Source of the DNA: Blastocatellia bacterium
Lineage (GTDB): Bacteria > Acidobacteriota > Blastocatellia > UBA7656
NCBI GenBank assembly: GCA_963765495.1
Contig: CAVXWP010000009.1
Span: forward strand, 736,001-800,000
DNA: 64,000 nucleotides
Reading direction: 5' to 3'
Made by a program: the position numbers and the translations under genes. A model generated the notes under the pieces. It was not told the origin of the DNA. It did no database searches and saw only the letters and a program-made list of their open reading frames with translations. Positions 41,008-52,250 of the stretch are shown here, in pieces (position 1 is the first letter of the stretch; each line of letters begins with the position of its first letter).

Positions 41008-43011
41008 ATGAAGAAGAATCAAGTCACAAATCAGAGACCGGGAGCCTTCAAGAGTTTTCTTATAGTAGCCTTGATGATATTGCTTCCCTTTTCGGGAATA
41101 ATATCAGGAGGGTTTGGAGCCAGCGTCTTAGCTCAAACTGGTTCCAGAAAACCGATTTCAACCAACGGCAACCCTCAAAACGGTGGTTCCAGGCCCCCGT
41201 CCGGCAATCAACCCGACACCAAGATTTCGCGTGACCTGAGAGTTTCGATAAACAATGACGCATCAAAGATGATGCGCGTAATCGTTCAGACCCAGACGCC
41301 TCCACAGAAAACAAAAGACTTTCTCACGGCTCTCAGTCGCACTGGCGGAACGATTCGCAAGAGCTTTACCCGGATCAATGCTGCGGTCGTAGAGATTCCT
41401 GCCGCCTCGGTTGATTCTCTTCTCTCTCGCACCGATATCAAGTTCATCTCTCCAGACAGACCTACCCAGGTATCGGGCCACGTAGAGGTTACGACCGGAA
41501 CCAGTCTGGCTCGGTCCTACGGCACACCCACTACAGGCGTGATTGACGGGCACGGCATAGGCATAGCGGTTCTGGACTCGGGCATCTACTCTGCCCACGA
41601 TTCTCTTCACTCTTCCACCCTGCAATCGAGAGTCGTGGCAAACGTAGATTTCACGGGCGAAGGAAGAACCGATGATCCGTACGGGCACGGCGCTCACGTG
41701 GCGACGCTGGCGGCGGGCAACAATGAGATTTCCGGCGGCGCATACACCGGGACCGCTCCGGCGGCCAACTTAATCAATGTAAGAGTGCTCGACTCTCAAG
41801 GACGGGGCACATCCTCGGCCCTGCTGAGCGGCATAGACTGGTGCATTCAAAACAAAAATACCTATAACATCAGAGTGATGAACCTGAGCCTGGGCACCGT
41901 GGCTGTTGATTCCTACGTCAACGACCCGATTTGTCTTGCCGTGCGTCAGGCGGTCGAAGCAGGCATAGTGGTTTGTGTGGCGGCGGGAAACCTCGGAAAA
42001 GATGAGAACGGAAACAAGATTTTCGGAGCCATTCACTCGCCGGGCATCGAGCCCTCGGTGATAACGGTCGGAGCAGCAAACACAAAAGGCACTGACTCTC
42101 GCAGCGACGACACGGTAGCGACTTATAGTTCCTGCGGGCCGACCAGAGGTTATTACACGGACAGCTACGGCGAAAAACATTACGACAACCTTATCAAACC
42201 GGACCTCATTGCGCCGGGCAACAAGCTTATCTCCGCCAAGTCCCCAAACAATTATCTGGTAACCACGCATCCCGAACTGGATGCGCTGGTGAGCCCGCTT
42301 TCCACCCGCAGCATGATGACCATGAGCGGGACCTCGATGGCAACGCCAGTCGTGAGCGGGGTGGTGGCGCTGATGTTGCAGAGGAACCCCGCGCTGACTC
42401 CGAATATGGTCAAGGCGATCCTCGAATATACGGCGCAGCCGCTGGCCGGATTCAGCACCATCGAGCAGGGAGCGGGGCTCTTGAACGTTGAAGGCTCTGT
42501 TCGACTCGCAGGGCTCGTCAGACCGGATTTTGCCGGGTTGCCCGCAGGCTCGCCCTTACTTACCGGCACGGCCCCCACCGAAGCGACTACGATTGCAAAC
42601 GAGACCTTTGTCTGGGGCGGCGGAATCATTCAGAAATGGAATTTCCTGACCGGGTCTAATCTGATAACCCAGTGCCAGGGGATTTACGGCACAGGCGTAA
42701 TCCTTTCGGATGGAGTAATACTTTCGAACGGAAGCTTCGTGCCCGACGGAGTATTGCTCTCGCAAGGCGTGATTCTTTCAAACGGAGTTATTCTCTCGGA
42801 TGGAACCACGTTGGGGAGCGGTCCTCTGCTGGCCGATTCCGTGTTGCTTGCGGATGGGACGATGTTTGCCGACGGAGTAATGTTAAGCGATGGAGTGCTC
42901 ATCGCTGACAGCATACTATCGGATACGACCGCCGCTCAGAGCGCCCTGTCCACACCCTACAATGGTGATGACGGACCGAGCTTAGTTCCCGTGCCGGACG
43001 GAAATCATTGA
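41008..43011 (+). CDS. Secreted S8 subtilase with C-terminal GVILSD hexapeptide repeats
   Basis: VLDSG, GHGAHVA, GTSMATP catalytic triad. About 10 GVxLSD-like repeats. Confidence 0.9.
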   Translation: MKKNQVTNQRPGAFKSFLIVALMILLPFSGIISGGFGASVLAQTGSRKPISTNGNPQNGGSRPPSGNQPDTKISRDLRVSINNDASKMMRVIVQTQTPPQKTKDFLTALSRTGGTIRKSFTRINAAVVEIPAASVDSLLSRTDIKFISPDRPTQVSGHVEVTTGTSLARSYGTPTTGVIDGHGIGIAVLDSGIYSAHDSLHSSTLQSRVVANVDFTGEGRTDDPYGHGAHVATLAAGNNEISGGAYTGTAPAANLINVRVLDSQGRGTSSALLSGIDWCIQNKNTYNIRVMNLSLGTVAVDSYVNDPICLAVRQAVEAGIVVCVAAGNLGKDENGNKIFGAIHSPGIEPSVITVGAANTKGTDSRSDDTVATYSSCGPTRGYYTDSYGEKHYDNLIKPDLIAPGNKLISAKSPNNYLVTTHPELDALVSPLSTRSMMTMSGTSMATPVVSGVVALMLQRNPALTPNMVKAILEYTAQPLAGFSTIEQGAGLLNVEGSVRLAGLVRPDFAGLPAGSPLLTGTAPTEATTIANETFVWGGGIIQKWNFLTGSNLITQCQGIYGTGVILSDGVILSNGSFVPDGVLLSQGVILSNGVILSDGTTLGSGPLLADSVLLADGTMFADGVMLSDGVLIADSILSDTTAAQSALSTPYNGDDGPSLVPVPDGNH

Positions 43012-43057
43012 ACGGAAACGATTGAGACGGGCAACATCACAGGCCAGGGATAAACAT

Positions 43058-43099
43058 GGCGCGGCGGATTTATGTAAATCCGTCGCGCCTCTCTTTTTG
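43058..43099 (+). terminator. Intrinsic terminator
   Basis: GGCGCGGCGGATTTA..TAAATCCGTCGCGCC followed by TCTCTTTTT. Confidence 0.8.
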
Positions 43100-43181
43100 T
43101 CCCGTTGATGGTTAAAAAGCGCGGCGCTTTCGATAAAGTTTTCCGCCCGGTTTAGCGTGTTTCGCGGACCTAAAATTTATT

Positions 43182-44027
43182 TCAGGACCGTTTCCGCCCG
43201 ATTGCCAGTATGTGCGCGCTTGCGCCGATAATCGACGGCTCATCTTCAACCCTTCGGATGGCGGCAAGCAATCTCTCGCGGCGAGCGGGGTTCTGCCACT
43301 GCTCATCAAAATTTTGCAACAGCCACGCGGGGCCTTCCACGCTCAGGCTATTTTCGTAACTTAACCCTGCATCCTCGAATTCAGACGCAATCTCGCCCGG
43401 GTGATGAAAATAAGCCGTTGTGAAATAGGCCGGGTGATTCGTGGGATTGCGGTGCTGGCCGTCTTTCAGGTCGCGCTCGACAATTTTCACAAACTCGGGG
43501 TCATCAAGAAAACCCTGACAAAGCCCGTCAAGCGTCGAGGCAAATCTCGATATGACCGCCGCGATTACGGCTCCGCCTTCGCGCACTACGCGCCTCGCCT
43601 CCGCGAGAGCCTGAATCCTTTCGCCTCGTTCGATCAGGTGGTAAAGCGGCCCGAGTAACAACACCGCGTCGGCGCTCGAATCGGTGCGCTCAAGGCGGCG
43701 CGCATCGCCTGTGTTGAGGCTTGCTACGGGATGCGCGGGTTGAGAGGCGGAAGCCTTGCGCGCCAACTCTACATGCAACGGCAAGGCATCTATCAGGTGC
43801 ACCTCGTAGCCCTTTCGGGCAAGCCAGCAGGCATAGACACCCGGCCCGCCTCCAACATCGACAACCACGGCGGGCGGCGAGGGCAAAAATCGCTCGATTA
43901 TTTCCCGCGTGCGCGCAAGCTCAAGCCGGCCCGACCCGCCTGTGAGCCTCTCCCCTTCATAGCCGCTTTCGTAATGATCCGACAAGGCTTCCGCGAGCGC
44001 CTTCTGTGATTCTGATGAATTCGACAT
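43182..44027 (-). CDS. Class I SAM-dependent methyltransferase
   Basis: VVDVGGGPG, GDAR, LLGPLYHL motifs. Confidence 0.88.
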   Translation of the reverse strand: MSNSSESQKALAEALSDHYESGYEGERLTGGSGRLELARTREIIERFLPSPPAVVVDVGGGPGVYACWLARKGYEVHLIDALPLHVELARKASASQPAHPVASLNTGDARRLERTDSSADAVLLLGPLYHLIERGERIQALAEARRVVREGGAVIAAVISRFASTLDGLCQGFLDDPEFVKIVERDLKDGQHRNPTNHPAYFTTAYFHHPGEIASEFEDAGLSYENSLSVEGPAWLLQNFDEQWQNPARRERLLAAIRRVEDEPSIIGASAHILAIGRKRS

Positions 44028-44068
44028 GTTCTCTCTTTGCATCACGCATCGCCCATCGCGTCACTCGA

Positions 44069-45220
44069 TCAAGGCTTTATCGCCGCTTCGATCAGCTCTA
44101 TGCGCTCGCGTGGCGTTTCGCCGTCGCGTGGCGCTTTCTCTATCCTCTCCAGAACATCGAAACCGTCGATCATCTTGCCAAAGATCGTGTACTTGCCGTC
44201 GAGATGCGGGGCCGGGCCAAGCACTATGAAGAATGATGTGGTGGCCGAATCGGGGCTTTCCGTCCGAGCCATCGAGAGCACGCCCCGCGTGTGTTTTCTA
44301 AAGCTGAACTCGGCCTTGAGCGGATGGACCCAGCGATCAGCCGGGTGCGATTTTTGATCCACTCGCGTTTCTCCGAGACCGCCCTGAATGACGAAGCCCG
44401 GAATCACGCGATGAAAGGCCGTGTGATCAAACCACCCCGTCTGAACAAGCATCAGGAAGTTGCGTACGTGTTCAGGCGCGAGGTCCGGGTCAAGGCTGAT
44501 GGTAATATCGCCGAGGCTGGTCCTGAGCAACACATCCTTACGCATCTCTTCGACGGATGCGAACTTAAACGGCTCGACTCGTTCAGGCTCGATTTTGACG
44601 CTCGTTATTCTGATCGGAGTGATGGTCAGATTATCTTTGCCTGAGGGCGCAGCCGATATTTTGTCTACCACATCCATTCCCTCGACCACTTTGCCAAAGG
44701 CAGAGAACTTGCCGTTTAGCTGTGACTGCGGCGAAGAGCAGATAAAGAACTGCGCGCCGCCGCTGTTTGCGCGGTCGGGAACCTGTACGGCAGAGACGGT
44801 TCCGCGTTCGTGTTTGAGGTCGCTCACCTCATCGGCAACCTGATCGAGCCCCCCGCTTCCCCATCGCTCGCGTGGGGTCTTCGGGTCTTTGAGCAGAGGG
44901 TCGCCTCCCTGAATGATTCCGAGTTTGACTACTCGATGAAAAGCAGAGCCGTCATAGAAGCCCTCACGCGCAAGCTTTATGAAATGCTGGACGTGTTTTG
45001 GCGCTTTGTCTGGGAGGAACTGGAATCTGATCACGCCGAGTTCGGTTGTGATGACGGCTTCCAGATGGGCCGCATCGGGAGCCTCCACGGCTTCGGCCCC
45101 GGCGGGTTGAACCTCCCTTTTCTTGTGCTGGGCCGACGACAGACCGGGCGCGCACAATGCAAACAATAAAAAGATAATCACGTACGGGGTTATTACGGCA
45201 TCTCTTTTCACAATCCTCAT
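44069..45220 (-). CDS. Secreted peptidyl-prolyl isomerase with two cyclophilin domains
   Basis: FYDGSAFHRV..IQGGDP and WFDHTAFHRVIPGFVIQGG..LSMAR..LDGKYTIFG. Confidence 0.9.
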   Translation of the reverse strand: MRIVKRDAVITPYVIIFLLFALCAPGLSSAQHKKREVQPAGAEAVEAPDAAHLEAVITTELGVIRFQFLPDKAPKHVQHFIKLAREGFYDGSAFHRVVKLGIIQGGDPLLKDPKTPRERWGSGGLDQVADEVSDLKHERGTVSAVQVPDRANSGGAQFFICSSPQSQLNGKFSAFGKVVEGMDVVDKISAAPSGKDNLTITPIRITSVKIEPERVEPFKFASVEEMRKDVLLRTSLGDITISLDPDLAPEHVRNFLMLVQTGWFDHTAFHRVIPGFVIQGGLGETRVDQKSHPADRWVHPLKAEFSFRKHTRGVLSMARTESPDSATTSFFIVLGPAPHLDGKYTIFGKMIDGFDVLERIEKAPRDGETPRERIELIEAAIKP

Positions 45221-45347
45221 TCAACATCACTCCTTGTGTTCGATCATCGAATTAGTGGTTTGAAATTCCAACCGGCGGCAAGTCAATTCTAACATCTTCG
45301 CCCGGAGCTTTCGACAACCGGGGAAATATATCAGGGTTCAGCAACAG

Positions 45348-45411
45348 CCACAGAGGCACAGAGACACAGAGATTTCTTTTTATCATTTCTCTGTGGCTCT
45401 GTGCCTCTGCG
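45348..45411. repeat. (CACAGAG[G/A])n inverted repeat element
   Basis: CCACAGAGGCACAGAGACACAGAGA ... TCTCTGTGGCTCTGTGCCTCTGCGG. Confidence 0.8.
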
Positions 45412-45566
45412 GCAAAATTTCTCTTTCTGAACGCATACTCATATCCTTGAGAGAGGTCTTGTTGATCGTTGTGGATTACTATTGCCGCCGAGACGCTTTC
45501 GAAATACCATAGGGCTATCGCGCGATTGCCCCTGAGAACCTTTACAACTAATCAAGAGAGACACTC

Positions 45567-45980
45567 ATGAAACGGATGCTATCGATAATGGCAATGCTGT
45601 TTGCAATAACGCTTTGGGGTTGTGACGCGATAAAGACAGAACAGGCTCCGCACGTGACCGCGGGAAACGAAATGGCGGCAATGACGAGATTGCATGCAAT
45701 CGCCGCCGCCGAGGCCCAGTATCAGGCGACCGACGGCAGCGGCAATTTTGCCACGCTAGACGAGCTTATCGAAAAAGGCTTTGTCAGAGACCCATCGAGC
45801 GGCAAGTTGACCGGCTATCGCTTTACGGTCAAAGTCCGTGCGGGCGGGTTTAGCGCCACGGCGGTTCCCGAAAAATTTCCCATCACAGGCACGCGCTCTT
45901 TTTATGTGGATGAAACAAACGTGATGCGGGGCGCAGATAAAAGGGGTATGGAAGCCACAAGCTCAGACCCGACAGTCTGA
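45567..45980 (+). CDS. Lipoprotein with a pilin-like globular domain
   Basis: Lipobox LWGC, GNEMAA..L..I..AE, GYRF..ATAVP..TGTRSFYVDE. Confidence 0.65.
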   Translation: MKRMLSIMAMLFAITLWGCDAIKTEQAPHVTAGNEMAAMTRLHAIAAAEAQYQATDGSGNFATLDELIEKGFVRDPSSGKLTGYRFTVKVRAGGFSATAVPEKFPITGTRSFYVDETNVMRGADKRGMEATSSDPTV

Positions 45981-46041
45981 TTCGTGATGCGTGATTCGTG
46001 ACTCACCAGCCTTGTTATCTTTAACAGGCAGTCTTCCTTAG
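45978..46041. repeat. (TGATxCG)n ... (TCACGxA)n inverted heptamer element
   Basis: Direct reading. Same family at 21231, 32739, 44039, 48384 and 62288. Confidence 0.8.
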
Positions 46042-46084
46042 AGTCACGAATCACGCATCACGGACGAGCGAAGCGAGTCGCGCG

Positions 46085-48377
46085 TTAACAGAAGTCGCTT
46101 ATCAGGACGGCATCTGTGGTCGAGGTGCCGCGTGAGCAGACAAACTGTTTTCCGTCCGGCGACCAGTCGAACGAAAAAATCAGGTCAGATTTAAAATCGG
46201 TCAACTGTTTAGACGGGCCGCCCTCTATCGGCTGAATCCAGATATTAGAGACTCCGTTGTGCGTCTCGACGTAGCTTATTGCGCGGCCATCCGGTGTCCA
46301 GCGAATCTCTCTGATCGGAGAACTGGCGACATCCAATATCTTTACAGGCTCTCCGCCCTCAAAGGGCAGAAGAGCTACATGGAATCGCGAGTTCGGTTGC
46401 TGAGACAGGTAATTGCAGGCTATAAGCTTTGCGTCGGGCGAGACGGCCGGTCTTCCCACCGTATCCTTGAAAGTCAGTTGTACGGGGTCGCCGCCTTCGA
46501 TAGGGACCCTCCACACGTGAACACCCTGCGGGGAATGCCGATAATAAACAACCCATTTGCCGTCAGGTGAACAATCGGGAATGCTCCCGCCATCGACTAA
46601 CTGTCTGGGGTCTGCGCCGTCGCTGTTCATTCTCCAGATGCTTGCCTGGTGCGAGCGATCAGAAGAGAAAACTATATAACGACCATCAGGAGAGACCGAG
46701 GGGAAACTATTGGAACCGGCATCCGAGGTCAGTTGTTTTTGCCCCGTCCCGTCCTCGCTCATAATCCATATATCCTGATTGCCGCTTGCCGCCGACTGGT
46801 AGACTATTCTGCCGTCAGGTGTCCAGCAAAGCCCCGCGTAATCGCTTGTTGCCGATGTGATCTTTTGAGCGCGGGTTTGATCTGCCTCAGGCACGATCCA
46901 GATATTTGCGGACTGCTCGCCCTGCACCGTTACAAGGGTTCGGGAATCTGCCGTAAGGCTCACGCCCATGTAACCGCTCAAGTCATTGGTAATCCTGTAG
47001 GCTTCGCCCTCCGGGTAAGATACGCGCCACAACTGCGGCTGACCGGCTTTCTCAATGGTCGATATAATCAGACCGCTCGCATCGGAAAGCCATGTAAAAG
47101 CTTCGACATAACCCCATTGCTTTTGAGAGAAAGCTTTCTCTGTGCCGTCATCTGCCCGCACTTCGATAAAACTCCTGTTGCCTCCGCCCACGCTGCCGCC
47201 TCTGGCAAAGCTGCCTTCAAGACAGACGATAATATTTCCGTCGGGCGACCACGCCGCTCCCGCCAGATACTCGGGCAGCGTACGCGAGGCAAGCGCACGC
47301 TCACCTGTTCCATCCGTGTTGATTACAACCAGACTTCTATTGAAATTCTCGTCCAGGCGAATGAGGGCGATCCGCTTCCCGTCAGGCGAAAAACTGATGT
47401 TGCTCAATGTGTCCTGTATGCTTATATCCGCGATCAGCTTTTTAGGCTCGCCTCCGAGGACCGTCATTTGATAGAGCGTGGCGCGCGGCTCGCCTTTCTC
47501 TCTCCCGAGGTAATAGATGTAGTTTCCATCACGTGAGAAGGCCAATCCCCGATAAGATCGGTCCCGGGCGGGCCGAAGTATCTGCACGTTGCTTGTCGTG
47601 GCCGCTTGCCTGAGCCAGAGACTCTGCCGTCCCGCATCGTCTATCACATAGATGATATATTTGCCGTCGGGCGAAATCGCCGCCCCCGCCAGATTGCCCG
47701 TCGATGTGAGCTTCGTCATGTTCATCGTCTGAAAAGGCGAGGACGTCTTATTTTCTTCGGGCTTTTGCCCGATGAATCGTGACAACGCAAAAGCGGTCCC
47801 CAAAACGACAACCGCGAGCAGGGTTAAGATGAGGGCCGCGCCTCTCTTATTGCGTTTGATCTCGCTGATGATCAGGTCAACCGAGGATATCGGGCGAGCC
47901 TCATCCGAAGCGAGAGTTTGAGCCGATACCTCGGCCGGGGTCTGAATCACGGTATCCCGGCCCGGGATAGGCGGCGCGGGCTTCCTGTTCGAATCGGCGC
48001 ACCCGCTGGTCATCGGTCATGAAGGTGGCGGGCAGCAATTTGATTGCAACGGGGCGGCCCAGCCTGCTGTCCTGCGCCAGATAGACTTCGCCCATCCCGC
48101 CTTTGCCGATCTTCGAGATTATCTTGTAAGGGCCTATGCGCTGGCCCGATTCCACCCCCGGCCCGGTTTCCGAAACCATCTCGGCCGCCGCTCCAAAGAT
48201 CAGCGATTCGAGGAAGCCGCCCGCTTCATCGTGGGCGGCCAGAAGCGATTCGACCTCTTTTCGAAGCGAGATGTCGTCTCCGCACATGCGGTCGAGCAGC
48301 ACGGCTCGCTCGTCAGATTTGTGCTCAAGCGCCGATTCCAGAATCTTATTGATCTGTTGCCATCGCTCGGGTGTCAT
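46085..48377 (-). pseudogene. Ser/Thr kinase-TM-TolB/PD40 beta-propeller protein with most of the kinase domain deleted
   Basis: [34 protein letters not shown], then out of frame to the linker, TM and repeated SPDG propeller blades. No HRD, DFG or APE motif. Confidence 0.88.
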
Positions 48378-48515
48378 AGAGATCGTGATTCGTGATTCGT
48401 GACCTGATAGAACAAACGCACCTAGCTTATGCATTTGCCCGATGCGAGTCAATTAGAAGGTTATCGAGAACAATCCCTCCTGTCCCACAGGACCAGCATT
48501 TGATTCTCAGGAGAT

Positions 48516-48589
48516 TCTTTGCGTGCTTCGCCTGCTCTGCGCCTCGGCGAGAAATAGGTGCTCGCCAGGGCGCAAAGCGCGCAAAGAGC
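48516..48589. repeat. CTTTGCG/CGCAAAG inverted repeat element
   Basis: TCTTTGCG..TGCGCCTCGGCGAG ... CTCGCCAGGGCGCA..CGCAAAGA. Confidence 0.65.
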
Positions 48590-48735
48590 TTCCTTAACAT
48601 AGATTATCCCCCGAAATAAGGCCCGACCTGCCGCTTTGAACCTGTTGCCGCCGGTTGACTACAATGCTAATTTCATGTTTCATGCTTGCTTGCAATTTGT
48701 AGAACAACATCTCTTGCTCAAGTAGAATACAGATA

Positions 48736-51108
48736 TTGTCTTCGATGACGAAAAACAACGGGCAGCAGCCCTCAAACGAATACTCTGCCCCCGCCGGGAC
48801 TTTCTGGCGGGTCGAGGGTAGTCTCCTGAATCTGAGCGCGGTGCGCCCGGTAGGCTTTTTCACCTGGAACGCTCAGAGCTTCCTCGAACGCTGGGCGCGG
48901 CGCTCAGGCGTGGCGCTGCTTGCGCTTGTGCGTCCCCTGCTCTACGCCACGAACCGCGTATTCGCCACCCGCGTGCTGCATTCGCTGCTGCGCGGAGTAA
49001 GCCAGGACCGCCTCGACCTTCTCGGCGAAGAGTATTTCAATTACATCCTCAGACCCCGGCTCAATCAGGAAAGCGTAGAAAAGCTGAGAGAATTGATGAA
49101 CGCGGGTGAAGACGTGATTCTGGTCTCGCAGGGGCTTGAGCACGTCATGCGCCCGCTTGCCGCATACCTCGGGGTCGGTCGCCTGGTAGCCAACCGGCTT
49201 GAGTTTCGCGACGGGCTCGCGACGGGCCGTTTGCTCGATCCGGTCATACGGCCTCGCGGAGGCTTTGCGCGTCTTGCCAGACGAAAGGTGGACGGGCGCA
49301 TCGCCCCGGAACGGATGGCCCGAGACCTCGGATTTTCCGGCGGGCCCGAGGCGCTCGGTCGCGCCATAATTCCTACGACCAGAAACCAGCATTTGCCCAC
49401 CCGCCCCATAGTGCTTTTCGACACCCGCAAACGGCTCAAAGAGTTTTCCGTAAAAGAGTCGCTTGCCGGGAAACACGTTTTGCTGATCGGGACCACCGGC
49501 TTTATCGGCAAGGTATGGCTGGCAAAAATTCTCAGCGAAGTCCCCGATATAGACAAAATATACCTGTTGATTCGCCGCCAGCGATCTACTCCGGCGCAAC
49601 GCCGTTTTGAAAAGATAGTGGAATCCTCTCCGGTCTTTGAGAGCTTCCACGAAAAGTACGGCGAAGATTTGCCGCGTTTCTTAGGCGAGCGAATAGAGGT
49701 GGTCGAAGGCGATGTGACGCTTGCGGGCCTCGGGCTTGAGGCGGAAACCAGAACGCGCCTGCTCGCCCGACTCGATCTTGTGGTCAACAGTTCCGGTCTC
49801 ACGGATTTCAATCCCGACCTGAGACTTGCGCTTTCAATCAACGTGGACGCGACGGTACACGTTCTCGACTTTATTCGCCAGAGCGACCACGCGGGCCTCC
49901 TCCACCTTTCTACCTGCTACGTAGTGGGGCAGAGAGACGGGCGGATACTGGAAGAGATTCGGCCCAACTACACCCCGGCGGGCGTTAAAGGTTTCGATGC
50001 CGAGCGAGAACGCGAGGCGCTTCACGCGCTGGTCAGAGAGATCGAAATCAGAAGCGAAAGCACCGAGGTCACCGAAGAGTTGCGCGCACAGGCGCGGTCA
50101 AAAGCGCCAAAAAATATCAGCGAAGAGGTGCTTGAGAACCACGTCCGAAAGTATCGCTCGCGCTGGGTGCGCGCTCGGTTGACCGAGACCGGGATGCGCA
50201 GGGCAAGAGAACTGGGCTGGCCCAATACCTATACCTTTACAAAGAGCCTGGCCGAATCGCTGCTGGCAAAACGCGGCATAGACCTGCCGGTTGCGATAGT
50301 GCGGCCCTCGATTGTAGAGACATCCACGCAAGACCCGTTCTGCGGCTGGAACGAAGGCGTAAACACATCAGCGCCGCTCTCTTATCTGCTCGGGACTTTC
50401 TTTCGCCAGCTTCCATCAAACGAGCGTAAGTGCCTTGATCTGATCCCCGTAGATATGGTCTCTCGCGGGATGTGTTTGATCTCGGCCGCGATAGTCAATC
50501 GGGTCCACAGCAGGGCATATCAACTGGCTACCTCGGCGGTAAATCCCTGCGACATGCGGCGCTGCATAGAGCTTACGGGGCTTGCCCATCGCAAGCACTA
50601 CCGCGCGCAGGAAGGCTTGGAGCACTGGCTGCGGCGCAGGTTCGATTCTATCCCCGTCTCCAAAGAGCGGTACGAGCGATTGTCTGCGCCGGGGCAGAAG
50701 GCCGTAGTTCATGCCATCCAGCGAATCAGCGCGCCGCTACCGCTCAAGCGTCCGCCCTTTGTGCGCACCGAACGCGACCTTGAACGCGTCGAGAAACTCA
50801 TAGAGCTTTACGAGCCGTTCATTCTCCATAACGAGCACGTCTTTGAAGCCGAGAATGTCGAGCTTTTATCGGAAGCCCTGCCCGAGCGGGAGCGCGAAGC
50901 CTTCAGCTATGACGCGCTTTCGATAGACTGGTGGGAATACTGGATCAATATCCACATCCCCGCGCTTAGGAAGTGGGCCTATCCCTTGATCGAGGGGCGG
51001 CCTCTTGAGTCTCGCCCGAGTCACGATTTTCACCTTCCGGCGCAACAGGCGCAACAGGCCGCTAAGGGAAACAGCAATCGCCTGAGCGATGAGCCTGTAG
51101 GGACTTAA
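48736..51108 (+). CDS. Degenerate HAD-IB domain fused to a fatty acyl-CoA/ACP reductase (male-sterility type)
   Basis: N-terminal HAD-like region ([25 protein letters not shown]). [40 protein letters not shown]. Confidence 0.88.
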   Translation: MSSMTKNNGQQPSNEYSAPAGTFWRVEGSLLNLSAVRPVGFFTWNAQSFLERWARRSGVALLALVRPLLYATNRVFATRVLHSLLRGVSQDRLDLLGEEYFNYILRPRLNQESVEKLRELMNAGEDVILVSQGLEHVMRPLAAYLGVGRLVANRLEFRDGLATGRLLDPVIRPRGGFARLARRKVDGRIAPERMARDLGFSGGPEALGRAIIPTTRNQHLPTRPIVLFDTRKRLKEFSVKESLAGKHVLLIGTTGFIGKVWLAKILSEVPDIDKIYLLIRRQRSTPAQRRFEKIVESSPVFESFHEKYGEDLPRFLGERIEVVEGDVTLAGLGLEAETRTRLLARLDLVVNSSGLTDFNPDLRLALSINVDATVHVLDFIRQSDHAGLLHLSTCYVVGQRDGRILEEIRPNYTPAGVKGFDAEREREALHALVREIEIRSESTEVTEELRAQARSKAPKNISEEVLENHVRKYRSRWVRARLTETGMRRARELGWPNTYTFTKSLAESLLAKRGIDLPVAIVRPSIVETSTQDPFCGWNEGVNTSAPLSYLLGTFFRQLPSNERKCLDLIPVDMVSRGMCLISAAIVNRVHSRAYQLATSAVNPCDMRRCIELTGLAHRKHYRAQEGLEHWLRRRFDSIPVSKERYERLSAPGQKAVVHAIQRISAPLPLKRPPFVRTERDLERVEKLIELYEPFILHNEHVFEAENVELLSEALPEREREAFSYDALSIDWWEYWINIHIPALRKWAYPLIEGRPLESRPSHDFHLPAQQAQQAAKGNSNRLSDEPVGT

Positions 51109-51113
51109 TCAGT

Positions 51114-52250
51114 ATGGCAATATTTCTAACAGGCTCGACGGGGTATCTCGGCGCTCACCTCGCGGCAGGCTTATTAGAGGGGCACGCCGAAAAGCTGAAT
51201 CTTCTGGTTCGCGCTAAGAGCGAGCGCGAGGCGGAAGAGAGATTATGGCGCGCCCTGCAACTGCACATGGATTTCCCGCGCTTTTATGACTTCCTGAAGA
51301 CCAGGATCAACATCTTTTGCGGCGATCTGACCGACCCGCGTTTTGGGCTTGAAGCAGATGATTATCTTCGCATGGCGAAGACCACGGATTCGATTATTCA
51401 TTGCGCCGCTTCGCTAAATCGCAAGAGCGAAAAAAGCTGTCTGAATGTAAACCTGAGGGGTACGCTCGAAGTAGTCAAATTCGCAGCCGCCGCCCGCGAC
51501 GATCACGGGCTTCGCCGCATCAGCCACGTGAGCACCGTGGCCGTGGCCGGGCATCGCAGCAATGAAGTGGTCAGGGAAGACGAGGCGATAGACTGGAACC
51601 GTTCCGATTATGACCCCTACGCCCGCACAAAGAAGTTTTGCGAGCACATGGTGGCGGAACTCCTGCCCGATGTGCCTCATACCGTATTTCGCCCGAGCAT
51701 AATACTTGGCGACAGCCGCTGGCCCGAAACCACTCAATTCGATATGGTGCGCTCATTTGTCTTTCTGGCCGGACTTCCCGTCCTGCCCTTTCGCGCCGAA
51801 GACCGCATAGACATAGTGCCAGTGGATTTCGTCGCCTCTTCAATCGTCGCGCTCCATCAAAAAGAGAAGCCCGATCACGATATTTATCATCTGTCGTCGG
51901 GGACAAGTTCTCAGACTTTTCGCGAGCTTACCGATGCGCTCGCGAGGGTCCGCGACAAGCGCGGGCCGGTCTTTTTGCCGAGCCTTGAGCGCCCCTTTAC
52001 GAGCGCGGTCAATTATCTGGCAAACAGACGCGGCACGACTCTCGGTTATGGAGCCTCGCTGCTGAAGGTCTTTATTCCTTATCTTGTGTGGAACACCGTA
52101 TTCGACAACACGCGAGCAGTTACGGAGACAGGACAGTCGCCCGCGCTGTTTTCCGACTACAGCTATGGCCTGTTGAAGTTCGCCAAAGAAGGCAATTTCA
52201 CATACGATTACAAGCAATGGCCGAGTGCCGTAGAGGAGTATGCCCGATGA
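51114..52250 (+). CDS. Extended SDR / thioester-reductase-like oxidoreductase
   Basis: [28 protein letters not shown] motifs. Confidence 0.88.
   Translation: MAIFLTGSTGYLGAHLAAGLLEGHAEKLNLLVRAKSEREAEERLWRALQLHMDFPRFYDFLKTRINIFCGDLTDPRFGLEADDYLRMAKTTDSIIHCAASLNRKSEKSCLNVNLRGTLEVVKFAAAARDDHGLRRISHVSTVAVAGHRSNEVVREDEAIDWNRSDYDPYARTKKFCEHMVAELLPDVPHTVFRPSIILGDSRWPETTQFDMVRSFVFLAGLPVLPFRAEDRIDIVPVDFVASSIVALHQKEKPDHDIYHLSSGTSSQTFRELTDALARVRDKRGPVFLPSLERPFTSAVNYLANRRGTTLGYGASLLKVFIPYLVWNTVFDNTRAVTETGQSPALFSDYSYGLLKFAKEGNFTYDYKQWPSAVEEYAR

Noticed and set aside
52088-52246. Long N-terminal extensions of ORFs 52088, 56409 and 58371
   Set aside because: They overlap upstream genes or a REP. Coupled or RBS-supported starts at 52247, 56520 and 58476 fit better.
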